Part shown: positions 20,265 through 29,966 of the stretch, in pieces
Numbering within the stretch: position 1 is the stretch's first letter
Layout of the letters: the number at the start of each line of letters is the position of its first letter
Origin: a virus
IMG/VR virus record: IMGVR_UViG_3300045136_000267
Length of the DNA stretch: 64,000 nt
Strand: one strand, 5' to 3'
Position numbers and translations under genes: made by a program
The notes under the pieces: model-generated
What the model saw: the letters and a program-made list of their open reading frames with translations, nothing else
Database searches by the model: none
What the model was told of the DNA's origin: nothing

Positions 20265-20361
20265 CGTGCAATGCCTGCGAAGAGGCTTTATTTCTTCGAC
20301 AGTGAAATGGATGATCAGAAGGGAACGTGTAATGCCTACGGAGAGGCTTCATTTCTTCGAC
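20265..20361 (+). CRISPR. Mini CRISPR array: two 36-bp repeats and one 25-bp spacer
   Basis: CGTGCAATGCCTGCGAAGAGGCTTTATTTCTTCGAC (20265-20300), spacer AGTGAAATGGATGATCAGAAGGGAA, CGTGTAATGCCTACGGAGAGGCTTCATTTCTTCGAC (20326-20361). Starts 122 bp after the effector stop codon. Confidence 0.85.
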
Positions 20362-20375
20362 GAGGCGTCAGTACT

Positions 20376-20448
20376 GGGCCGGTAGCTCAGTGGTGAGAGC
20401 GGGCGCCTTATAAGCGTCAGGTCGCAGGTTCAATTCCTGCCCGGCCTA
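20376..20448 (+). tRNA. tRNA-Ile(TAT)
   Basis: Acceptor GGGCCGG/CCGGCCT; anticodon arm GGCGC-CTTATAA-GCGTC; GGTTCAATTCC; no CCA. Confidence 0.92.
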
Positions 20449-20482
20449 CTGTTTCATCCCCTTCCCCATATAGGAGGACAAT

Positions 20483-21229
20483 ATGACGAAGGTACGAAAC
20501 ATTGCTCTGTTCATTTTGATTTTCTCTCTTGGATTCGTAGGTTGTAAGTCTAAGGACGTTGTAGGACAGAAATATATTGATCCCTATGACATGGCTATTG
20601 ATTATGTATACGAAGATGGAATTCTTAAAATTATCAATAATTCAAACAAACCTGTAGAGCTTGCTACACCAACGGTGTTTTTGGGATTCCCCTCTAAAGA
20701 GGGTGAAAATATGTTTTTCCTCCTTCTTAAGGAGGGAACGCACTCATTGACCCTTTATGATTTTGGTGGCGAGGACTACGTTGAGGATATTTATCCTTCA
20801 AACGATAATTCCAAAGTTAAAGAGATCTTGGTTGTTGACTTGAAGCCCAAGGAAGTTAGGGAATATCCCGTAATTGCCGTTGCTATTCCTACCGAGGGAT
20901 TTAGTTATCTGGTTGGAGACGGTACTTATGCTGTCCTTCCAGTAATCGGACACCACGAAAAGCGTTGGATCACCTTTATTGCTCTGTCATTCCTGGCAGA
21001 AGTATTGGATAAAGACAACTCTGATCTATACAAGAAAGCATTGGCTCTTGCTTTGCGATTCATTTGGGTAGGACCAAATGATGACACTGAATTGAAAAGT
21101 ATTGAAAAAGACTTGTTGCAAGAAGGCTGGTCAGAAGATGTTATCTCAGTTGCCTTTTCTGTCTTTGGAATGGCAAGGGAGAAAGCCAGGAAACATTTGA
21201 AGGATATTACGAAGATTAAAAGAATCTGA
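20483..21229 (+). CDS. Putative lipoprotein
   Basis: AGGAGG SD; signal peptide ending in lipobox-like FVGC. Confidence 0.75.
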   Translation: MTKVRNIALFILIFSLGFVGCKSKDVVGQKYIDPYDMAIDYVYEDGILKIINNSNKPVELATPTVFLGFPSKEGENMFFLLLKEGTHSLTLYDFGGEDYVEDIYPSNDNSKVKEILVVDLKPKEVREYPVIAVAIPTEGFSYLVGDGTYAVLPVIGHHEKRWITFIALSFLAEVLDKDNSDLYKKALALALRFIWVGPNDDTELKSIEKDLLQEGWSEDVISVAFSVFGMAREKARKHLKDITKIKRI

Positions 21230-21259
21230 AGGATTCATACCCCCCCCAAGGAGCAAAAT

Positions 21260-22354
21260 ATGAATAATGACATTACTATCAAGGCGGCGAAATCTATTCT
21301 TGAGTACAATATCATTCTTGGGTGTCAAGATCAGGAAGACAAACAAGGTTATATTTGGCCATGTTTCATTGGACCGACTGGCAGCGGGAAGACTGCCAGG
21401 GCTGAGAAGTTGGCCAAGGAGTTGGGTTTGAAGCAGCACAAATTGCTGCTTCAGACGATGAATCCAGAAGAAGTTGGTGGGATTCCTCGTCCCGTTGGTG
21501 ACAACCTTCATTGGTTCCTTGATTCTTGGGCTGAAGATAATAGCTGTATTATCTTGGATGAGCTTGATAAGCCGGATCGTGAGCACTGGTCCACGATCCT
21601 TTCTTTGTTGACTGACCGTAAATTGCGTCATAAGCAACTAAATAGTACTGTCTTTGTGGCTGCTATGCAGCCTGTCGATGTTGAAATGTTCTTGTATGAA
21701 GAAACTGGCAGGGCACTCAGTGCCCGGCTTTGTTTTCTTCCCATTAATGAGAATGACTCATTTGAATTCGTTAGTAAGAAACATGGAAGGAAAAACTTGT
21801 TCCATCATGTTGGAGAAATTAAACTTCCAGTTTTGGAAGACGTGAAGGCCCGGCAATTGGATTGGCTCGCTGGCTTTGTGGATTCTATGAATCCGGAAGC
21901 CTCGGTCTTGAATTTGGTGGTGAATGGGATCGTTCACCACAGGCATAGGGCCAAAGTCTTTGAATGGCTTGAAGCCAGGTTGGTTACTGAACTTGAGCCT
22001 GAAAGATTACTCAAGATTCTCGGCAGGAAGCCTGAATTGCATGATGAACTGGATATTGCTACTGTCAATTTGCTCTGGCAGAATGCCAGTACTCTCTACG
22101 GTTGGACTGAAGAGATTTTAGAGAAGGTTTTGACCAGGATTTCTTGTGAAGTTGAACGCGAGCAGGCGTTCAATGTAATGAGAAATATGGTTGATAATTT
22201 GAAAAAGTATCCGGAAGATCAGGATGGCTATAAACCATTTGTTGAACCATTGACTTATGAACAATGGTGTCGAGTTGTGGATAAAGTTTCCAACAATATT
22301 GTAAAGTACTTTACCGCAAAGGAGAATAAAAATGGACAATCTAAACAAGGATAG
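21260..22354 (+). CDS. MoxR-like AAA+ ATPase, copy 2
   Basis: WPCFIGPTGSGKTARAE, ILDELDKP, AAMQP, ALSAR; clearly paralogous to 13321. Confidence 0.87.
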   Translation: MNNDITIKAAKSILEYNIILGCQDQEDKQGYIWPCFIGPTGSGKTARAEKLAKELGLKQHKLLLQTMNPEEVGGIPRPVGDNLHWFLDSWAEDNSCIILDELDKPDREHWSTILSLLTDRKLRHKQLNSTVFVAAMQPVDVEMFLYEETGRALSARLCFLPINENDSFEFVSKKHGRKNLFHHVGEIKLPVLEDVKARQLDWLAGFVDSMNPEASVLNLVVNGIVHHRHRAKVFEWLEARLVTELEPERLLKILGRKPELHDELDIATVNLLWQNASTLYGWTEEILEKVLTRISCEVEREQAFNVMRNMVDNLKKYPEDQDGYKPFVEPLTYEQWCRVVDKVSNNIVKYFTAKENKNGQSKQG

Positions 22355-23528
22355 TCCATATTATTACTATAATTTGTTTCCTGTTGAACTCAGTGATTGG
22401 ATGAAGAAATATATTAATATTCAATGGAATAACGATTTGCCATCGGCAGCTGTAAAGCTGTCGGCTGATAAAGGTTATATCATTGAATTAAACAAAGAGT
22501 TTATGGGGAAGCTCTCTGACAATTGTAAGAAGAAAGTAATTCTGCATGAAATTAGTCACGTCATTCGTGGCGATTGTCTGACGATAAAAAAGTGTGAGCG
22601 TCCCCTTGATTACAACATAGCCAGTGATGCTCACATCAACACCCAAATTGGTGATCTGACTGAATTAGAGGAGGAGGCTGGTACTAAAGTTGTTACTTAC
22701 GAAAGGATTCGTGAAGAAGATTGGCCGGAAGGGATGCCTTCCACTAAAGTAATTTATGACCTCCTTAATAAGAAGAGGAAACAGCAATCTTCTAAGGGGA
22801 AGGAAAGTTCTTCTGAAGAAGGAGGTGACGACAATAATTGTGGTACTGATAAAAAGTTCATTCTTTCAGGTGACGTTAAAGGTACTGAAGGTGATTTTGA
22901 GATTTGCATTGATAAACATACAGAAGCAATAGCAACTGTTCCTAAAGCATTAGGTGCGGGTATTAATATCAGATTTGATAATTTTGATAGTAAAGTTTAT
23001 GAAGTGCGACCGAAGCCAGAACCCAAAATATTGACGGCTTTGAAGAAATTGCTTCGCTATGTAGTACCAAAATATGGTACTACGAAAGTGAAGGTAAAGA
23101 CTTGGACGAGGGAAAATCGCTCTAATGATTTGTTTCGTGGTTACATGCGTAAACGTAAGGTGAAAGTATGCCTTGCTGTTGATGTTAGTGGCAGCATGCG
23201 TGAGTATGTCCCAAACATACTCGGCATTGCTGCTGATATGAAGCATAAATTAGATACGGAGATTATTGTTTGGGCAGACTATGCCCAGAAAATTCGTGGT
23301 GTTGATGATAAATGGGATGTTGGCTGGGGAACCGACGTAAACCCAGCAATTGAATTGATTAACAAAATTAATCCTGATATTTCTGTAATTGTTACTGACG
23401 GTGATTTTTATCGTAATATTGAGAAAATACCAAAGACACCAGTGCTTTGGGTGCTTTATGGTGATTTCAGTTGCTCACACAAATTGGTTAAGAAGGCGGT
23501 GGATCAAATCATCAAAATTTCAGCATAA
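22332..23528 (+). CDS. HExxH metallopeptidase-like + VWA domain protein, copy 2
   Basis: LHEISH...NIASDAHIN; DVSGS, GWGT and VTDG MIDAS motifs. Confidence 0.85.
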   Translation: MDNLNKDSPYYYYNLFPVELSDWMKKYINIQWNNDLPSAAVKLSADKGYIIELNKEFMGKLSDNCKKKVILHEISHVIRGDCLTIKKCERPLDYNIASDAHINTQIGDLTELEEEAGTKVVTYERIREEDWPEGMPSTKVIYDLLNKKRKQQSSKGKESSSEEGGDDNNCGTDKKFILSGDVKGTEGDFEICIDKHTEAIATVPKALGAGINIRFDNFDSKVYEVRPKPEPKILTALKKLLRYVVPKYGTTKVKVKTWTRENRSNDLFRGYMRKRKVKVCLAVDVSGSMREYVPNILGIAADMKHKLDTEIIVWADYAQKIRGVDDKWDVGWGTDVNPAIELINKINPDISVIVTDGDFYRNIEKIPKTPVLWVLYGDFSCSHKLVKKAVDQIIKISA

Positions 23529-23547
23529 TTTGTTTTAAATATTGAGT

Positions 23548-23620
23548 GGGGCTGTAGCTCAAAGGATAGAGCAAGGGATTTCTAATCCCTAGGTTGCAGG
23601 TTCGAGTCCTGCCAGCCCTA
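23548..23620 (+). tRNA. tRNA-Arg(TCT)
   Basis: Anticodon arm AGGGA-TTTCTAA-TCCCT; canonical D and T arms; no CCA. Confidence 0.95.
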
Positions 23621-23656
23621 GTAACGTTTGAATGCCACACTATCAGAGGTGAAAAA

Positions 23657-26199
23657 ATGAGAATAATGAGAATAAAATGCGATATTTATGTATCCTATTC
23701 GTCCTTCTTTACCAACAATTACTCAGAGATACTTTATGAGGAACATGATATTGTTGAAATAATTGGTAAATATAAACAAAAAGAGCTTGACGCATTTGTA
23801 GTTAATGCTGAACCAGACCATAACATATCTAGATATCCGTGTTCATCCGAAGTGCATAAAATATTTTATTTTCAGGATAGAATTGGCGTGGCACTTGAAC
23901 AAAATAATTAAATAGACGAAGGAGACTAACCGCCTGGAAGGATATTATGAAAGTTAAAGATGACGGATACAGTTCGATTTGGGACGACAAGTCACGGAAA
24001 ATAATGTTCGTTACGCATAAGTGTAAGATTCAATTACTTGGTACATTTACAACTAAAGTCAATAACATAACTATAAAAGAATCTGGTAATATCTCGCTAA
24101 GTAATTGGTATATTAATTACACTGGTATAAAATTCGTACATTGTGTGAACGATAAAAACGATGAATATGAAATTATTGTAGCTGTTGAGGATAAATAATC
24201 TAATAGAATTCATCAATTTATCTCTAAAAGATGAGATAAATTTGATAGCTGTATCCGAAAAGGAGGAACAATGAAAATCAAATAGATAAATAATGGCAAC
24301 TACCAAAGAGGACAGTTATGAAAGTTAAATATGCCGGCGATTCGATTTGGGTCTACAAATCAGGGAAAATAATGTCCTTTGAATATAATCGTAATATTCA
24401 TTTATTTGGTGCAACTACAACAGATGCTGCTAAGCCCAGTAGTGTAATCATACACGAATCCGGTCGTATCTCACGATACAAATCGAATTTTAATTACGTT
24501 TCTTTCATAAAATTCGTGTGTCGTTGGAAAGTCCAAAACTGTAAATATGAAATTAATGTAGCTGTTGGGGATGAATAATCTAATAGAATTCATCAATTTA
24601 TCTCTAAAAGATGAAATAAATCTGATAACTGTATCTGAAAAGGAGGAATAATGAAAATCAAATATGATAGCTCATGGTTATTCGCGTGGCGTACTGATTC
24701 GTTTAAAGAAGTTCTTAAGGTTGATCTGAACAACATAAAATTACTTGGTGCTCCTATAGAAGCTTTTAGCAAAATAAGTATTGTGACTGTACTAAGTACA
24801 GGTTACGTATACCCACATACAACATCTCATGGGATACATATATCTTTAGTACGGTTTTACAAACATGATACGGATAACTATGCAGTTAAAGCAGTGACTA
24901 AACATGAATGACTTAGTATTAATAATTAGTATTAATAATGAAATTGAGTAAAATATGATGAGCATGCCGGAGGGTGGCTATGAAAATCAAAGCTGACTGG
25001 TGTTGGCATGATATCTTGCGACATGTAATTATTTCTGATAATTCGAATGTTGTGAGGTTACTTGGCGCACCTGCGAGACTTATTTCAACAGAAACAAAGT
25101 CAGTATTAGTAGACGATGCGGGTTTAGTTTCATGTGAAAACATACAGTGTCGTTATAGTTCGTTTGTCAGGTTTATTCATTGGGATACAAACAACTTAAG
25201 TAAATACGCCCTGGAAGCAGTTATTAAGCAATAATGACTGCGTATAATTTCATTGACATTTATTACGATATGAGATGATTTAATGACTATCTAAGGAAGG
25301 AAGCTATGAAAATTAGATATGATAAGGCATTCGTATTTTGTGATCCAGCATTGAGATCAATTATTATTAGTGATTCAACTAATTTGAAATTGTGTGGAGA
25401 ATCTGTAAAAGCGTATGATGCCTACAATCTTGCAACTATAGATGAAACTAATCGTATTTCACCTTATAGGAAGTATGTGTTATCATATTCCAGTACTTTT
25501 GTCGCGTTTAAGCACGATATATATAACGAATATACGATTGAAGTATCAGTTAAACCTGAGTAAGTTGATATATCTATTGAGATAAGATAGTGGGATAACT
25601 TCTATCTAAGAAAGGAAAACTATGAAAGTCATGTGTAGTAAGTTGTCTACCATATGGATTGATAAACTACACAAGTCGATTTTCGACGCTGGAGCTGATA
25701 GCATAATATTATGCAGTAAATACGTAGAAGATGCTGTTAAAATGAATGCAATAGTAATTCCGGAGGTTGGTAAACTTTACCAACATGGAGTGTGTCTTAG
25801 ACATAGTTCCCTAATTAGGTATGACTACGTTGGCACACATGAATTTGAACTTACGGTAGCGATTAAGAACTAGGTAACTATGTAATTTTACTAATATCCA
25901 TTGTGATAAGAAATGACCTAGCTATCTAAGAAAGGAAAACTATGAAAGTCATATATGAGGACTTGCATGAGTCATGGCTTGACAAATCGCAAGGGTCGGT
26001 CATTGGCAAAGCATTAGGTGAAGTGATGTTATTCGGTGCGCGAAGAGAATATCAGAATACGTTGAACGAGGTGAAAATCCCAGAAATCAGCAATATTTCA
26101 CAATATGTAAATTATCTCAAATTTGATTCCATGATTACGTTTAGGTGTTTCGGATCAGAGGAAGCTGTACTTAAGGCAGCAATCAAAGTAAGTAGTTAG
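23657..26199 (+). repeat. Tandem array of eight ~83-86-aa paralogous CDS (starts 23657, 23947, 24318, 24651, 24974/24980, 25306, 25622, 25942)
   Basis: Shared pattern MK(I/V)x..W..I.L.G..I.E.G.I..YEI.VA(V/I). Duplicated intergenic sequences at 24196-24283 vs 24576-24665 and 25603-25631 vs 25923-25951. Confidence 0.75.
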
Positions 26200-26250
26200 T
26201 AGTAATCTTCTGTTTGAAGAATTTGGAACTAATATCAGTAAAAGGTTGCC

Positions 26251-26484
26251 GTGAAAATAACCCCGCGCAACGATAGTTATGGTTCCTCTTTGTATGATGA
26301 ATCAGGAAAAACTGTATTCTATACAGATGGGACAGACGGAGGTACGATCTGTCTTGTTGGTAAAGATAATATGAGGGAACCTAGTACTTGGTGGTTTTAT
26401 CAAGATAAATACAAAAACAGTAGCAAGTATTCCTACGGAAATATTGCTTTTGTAGCAGAGTTTATTCGGGTAACTATAACATAG
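26251..26484 (+). CDS. Small hypothetical protein, near-identical to 30511..30735
   Basis: KITPRN...CLVGKDNMREP.TWWFYQDKYKNSS.YSYGNI in both copies. Confidence 0.7.
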   Translation: MKITPRNDSYGSSLYDESGKTVFYTDGTDGGTICLVGKDNMREPSTWWFYQDKYKNSSKYSYGNIAFVAEFIRVTIT

Positions 26485-26552
26485 TATTAGAAGAATTAAA
26501 ACGAGGACTATTAAGTACTTTGTCAAGAATGTCTCACTCAAAGGAGAAATAT

Positions 26553-26816
26553 ATGATCGACGAAATCCCTACTAATTCAGTTGCATATGTTTATGCTTTT
26601 ACTGAGAAAGACGGCAAGGCCATTTTCAGAGGCGTTGCCGCAGATTGGACTAATAAGACCAGTCCAGTTTATATATGGGATGGTCAGTCTTGGGTAAATA
26701 TGGGACTTATAGTAGATGATCTTACTTCTGAGAGTAAACTTGATCTATGTTCATTGCTAGATGCCCGCAAGGAAGACATCTGGGAAATCAGCGAGCCGAC
26801 CGATTTATTTGATTAA
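26553..26816 (+). CDS. Hypothetical protein
   Basis: AAGGAG SD before the ATG at 26553. Confidence 0.6.
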   Translation: MIDEIPTNSVAYVYAFTEKDGKAIFRGVAADWTNKTSPVYIWDGQSWVNMGLIVDDLTSESKLDLCSLLDARKEDIWEISEPTDLFD

Positions 26817-26833
26817 TACTTATTAGTAACTAC

Positions 26834-26906
26834 GGGGTCGTAGCTCAGCGGGTAGAGCATCGGACTTTTAATCCGAAGGTCATGGGTTCGAGTCCCATCG
26901 GCCTCA
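26834..26906 (+). tRNA. tRNA-Lys(TTT)
   Basis: Anticodon arm TCGGA-CTTTTAA-TCCGA; GGTTCGAGTCC; no CCA. Confidence 0.95.
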
Positions 26907-26914
26907 CAGAAATT

Positions 26915-28150
26915 GCGGCGCGGAAACCCCGGACTTCAGTCCGGGGAGGAAGCGCCGTCTCTTGATCTGCTCTGCGGTATGTGATACTATACAGTATGCC
27001 ACAGCGCACCGTTGTATGCAAGATAAATCCAGCCCCGGTGGCGGCTAACGCCCTCAAGGATACTGTAGAGAAGTACGCGCTCGCCTGTGATGCTATCCTC
27101 GCCGTAACCATCCGTGAGAAGACTTCCAACAAGGTTAAGCTCCATCACGCCTGCTACAGGGAGATCAGGGAGCGCTTCGGCCTCTCTGCCAACCTGACCG
27201 TCCGCGCCATTGCCCGCGTGGCGTGGGCGGTCAAGGCAGCAAGGTGCAAGGGACGAGTCGTCAAGAAGTTCAAGCCGACGAGCATAGACTATGACGAACG
27301 CATCTTCTCCTATCGCGAGAATGAGGAGGTAGTGTCCCTATCTACCACGAATGGACGTGTCCGCGTCCCCCTTGTACTCGGACAGTACCAGCGAGATGCA
27401 TTGCGCGGGAAGAAACCCACCGCCGCAAAGCTCGTCTATCGGAACCGTGAATGGTACATCCACATCGTCATAGAGTATGATCCGGGCCCGCGGTCCAACC
27501 CGAGCTGCGCCATCGGCGTGGATCGAGGTGTCTACAATATCGCTACTACCTCCACAGGGAAGTTCTATTCCGGACGTAAAGCCACGCACGTGCGCGAGAA
27601 GTTCGCGTCGCGGAGAAAGGCTCTCCAGAGCTTGGGCACGAAAGGCGCAAAACGCGCCCTGAAACGGCTGAGCGGACGGGAGAGCCGGTACATCCGCGAC
27701 CTGAACCATCGAATCTCGAAGGCCATCGTTGCGGAGGCGGTTCGGAGAAACGCCGTGATCAAGTTGGAGGACTTGACCGGCATCCGGGATCGCCTCAAGC
27801 GGCTCAGCCGCGCTTGGAATCGGAAGGTCAACGCTTGGGCTTTCCGAGCACTGGAGACGATGATCCGGTACAAGGCCGAACGTGCTTGGGTCGAAGTCGT
27901 TTCGGTTCCTGCTCGTGACACGAGCCGCGAATGTTCCAAGTGCGGAGCCGTGGGCGAAAACTCTCGAAGCGGGGCACATTTCAGGTGCGCCGTCTGCGGC
28001 TATCGTCTGGCCGCCGACTTGAATGCCGCAAGGACGATTTCTGGGAGGCATGCCTGCACAGAAATGGTCGCCGTCAACCGACCTATGGTGGCGGGGTTGC
28101 ATTCGTGCACCTCAGCTACAAGCCCCGCACTTTAGTGCGGGGTAGTTGAC
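26915..28150 (+). mobile_element. IS200/IS605-family element, tnpB only, just 3' of tRNA-Lys
   Basis: Left hairpin CCCCGGACTTCAGTCCGGGG; right end CCCCGCACTTTAGTGCGGGGTAGTTGAC; GC-rich. Confidence 0.85.
26996..28135 (+). CDS. tnpB: TnpB RNA-guided endonuclease
   Basis: RuvC GVDRG, KLEDL and ADLNAARTI; Zn finger CSKC...CAVC. Confidence 0.92.
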   Translation: MPQRTVVCKINPAPVAANALKDTVEKYALACDAILAVTIREKTSNKVKLHHACYREIRERFGLSANLTVRAIARVAWAVKAARCKGRVVKKFKPTSIDYDERIFSYRENEEVVSLSTTNGRVRVPLVLGQYQRDALRGKKPTAAKLVYRNREWYIHIVIEYDPGPRSNPSCAIGVDRGVYNIATTSTGKFYSGRKATHVREKFASRRKALQSLGTKGAKRALKRLSGRESRYIRDLNHRISKAIVAEAVRRNAVIKLEDLTGIRDRLKRLSRAWNRKVNAWAFRALETMIRYKAERAWVEVVSVPARDTSRECSKCGAVGENSRSGAHFRCAVCGYRLAADLNAARTISGRHACTEMVAVNRPMVAGLHSCTSATSPAL

Positions 28151-28163
28151 AGGAGGACTCTCT

Positions 28164-29171
28164 ATGTTAAATATGGTAGAGTATTATGTGTCGATTTCAG
28201 TTGTGAGAGACGTTGTACTACAACTATTTAAGATTATCCTTGCTGAAAAGGATATGGCTAATGACAAGGACGGCTTTACTGATTTCACCAAATCAGTAGC
28301 CAAAAGTGCCTTGCAGAAATTGCTGCCATATTATGAGCCTGACAGAGAATCAAAGAAATTTGAAGATAGGATATTGAAAGAAATTTATGACGCAGAAATT
28401 AATCTTGATCATGTAAGCTCGTTAGATGAAAAACTAATGAGATTACGTGAAGTACTTAGTGCTATTTCAGATGAAGATCTTGATAACTTATGTGAAGCAG
28501 CAAAGTTGTTTGTTGGTATCTTCTTCTACATTGCTAATCAAGAACCCAATAATATTTTCCTTTTTGATTCAGTACGAGATAAAGTAAAACGATTAGTAGA
28601 AAGTGAATCAGAATATAAATTCCCATTACTAGTAGATATTGGTGATTTGTTCATAGTTAGTTTAGTTAAAGGTAAGCAATCTGTTCTGAACGATAAAAAC
28701 ATTGCATTATTACTTGACTACAAATTGATAGCATCTAAAGAGAAGCATTACAAATTTATCATTCACTACTTGAAAAACGAGCCTGCTTATCTTGATTTTT
28801 ATCAATTAAAGCAGGTTTATAAAGAAATTGAAGATTGTCTAGATAAATTGAGTGAAAGATTTGATAGCAAAGCTACTATTAAATGCCTTTGCTATCTGCA
28901 GTATGCAAAGACTACTGCAGAAAAACTTGACAAAGAAAAATACGACTCTCTACTTGAGAAGGTAGAAAAGATCCTGGGGCCACTTGATCCGTACGTTACT
29001 ATGGCGGTGCTGAGTGATAAATTGCTAGCACCCTTCTTGTTCGTATGCAATGAAGATGTTCTTATTCCTACTTTCAGGAGAATCAAAAATGAGCAATTAA
29101 CCTTCACTAACGAATTGCTGGAAAGTAATTTGCGTTCTTTATTTGGAAGTGGCGAGCTACGTCTTGAGTAG
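28164..29171 (+). CDS. Hypothetical helical protein
   Basis: AGGAGG SD immediately after the IS right end. Confidence 0.7.
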   Translation: MLNMVEYYVSISVVRDVVLQLFKIILAEKDMANDKDGFTDFTKSVAKSALQKLLPYYEPDRESKKFEDRILKEIYDAEINLDHVSSLDEKLMRLREVLSAISDEDLDNLCEAAKLFVGIFFYIANQEPNNIFLFDSVRDKVKRLVESESEYKFPLLVDIGDLFIVSLVKGKQSVLNDKNIALLLDYKLIASKEKHYKFIIHYLKNEPAYLDFYQLKQVYKEIEDCLDKLSERFDSKATIKCLCYLQYAKTTAEKLDKEKYDSLLEKVEKILGPLDPYVTMAVLSDKLLAPFLFVCNEDVLIPTFRRIKNEQLTFTNELLESNLRSLFGSGELRLE

Positions 29172-29208
29172 TCCTTGTTCACCTAATATCAAAAAAGGAG
29201 GATCAGCT

Positions 29209-29859
29209 ATGTCTAAGCATGAGCAGAATCAGCTAGAGCATGTTCACTTCCGTCATCGGAATGAGGTGCTGGCCTTTAAGGCCACGCAGGAATGCGTGGT
29301 GTTCCGTACTGTGAAGGGGCACTTCGTCATCATTGGTGACGTTGTTTCGATTCACCTTGGTGATTCGAATAGCTTCCAAAGTGTTGTCGTTAGTGAAGTT
29401 GTAGAGAAGTTTGGCGGTCTCGGGACGTACAAGGATGTGATTGTCCCAGCACCGCTGCGTAAAGCGGTGTACGAGTACTTTGTCAAGGAAACCAGTGACG
29501 AACCTGCCTTGTTCCGGATTCCGAATGGGGAATTTTACTTCCCAGAGAAGGTTTACAATGTCTCCTACTGGAGAAAGTTGTGTTCTCTTGAACCGCGGCC
29601 GGGATACGAGAAGGTCCGCTTCGTGTGTAAGCGGACCAAGATTAAATCCGGTGAAAGTTGGGCGGTCGGTATCTACGCCGGGCGCAGGATGTGGCCTAAG
29701 CTCTTTGGTCATGCCATTGGATACGGGTCTCCGCTTCAAATTGTCGATGCTTTGCCGAATGTTGTGGTAGAGGACCTTGGTCATCCGTTGGATGATTATC
29801 ATGCTGATAACGTTGTAGATGCAGTGGAGGTGAAAGCTTGTCACCTCCGCCCAGAGTAG
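29209..29859 (+). CDS. Hypothetical protein (GC-richer)
   Basis: AAGGAGG SD; followed by a hairpin terminator at ~29895-29940. Confidence 0.7.
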   Translation: MSKHEQNQLEHVHFRHRNEVLAFKATQECVVFRTVKGHFVIIGDVVSIHLGDSNSFQSVVVSEVVEKFGGLGTYKDVIVPAPLRKAVYEYFVKETSDEPALFRIPNGEFYFPEKVYNVSYWRKLCSLEPRPGYEKVRFVCKRTKIKSGESWAVGIYAGRRMWPKLFGHAIGYGSPLQIVDALPNVVVEDLGHPLDDYHADNVVDAVEVKACHLRPE

Positions 29860-29966
29860 TAAATTGATATTTAATAGCTAAAAAAAGCAGCACTAGGGCG
29901 GGGTGGGAATAATCCCATCCCGCCTATCTCTTTTTATTTGACCGGTAGTACAGTTTTACATCTATC

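Noticed and set aside
23657-26484. Small-gene array as integron cassettes or DGR targets
   Set aside because: No attC-like GTTRRRY/RYYYAAC palindromes seen, no integrase or reverse transcriptase in the window, and no adenine-specific TR/VR pair.
2783-28135. TnpB genes as domesticated nuclease-dead regulators (TldR-like)
   Set aside because: Both keep the D-E-D triad and IS terminal hairpins, so they look like ordinary non-autonomous IS elements.
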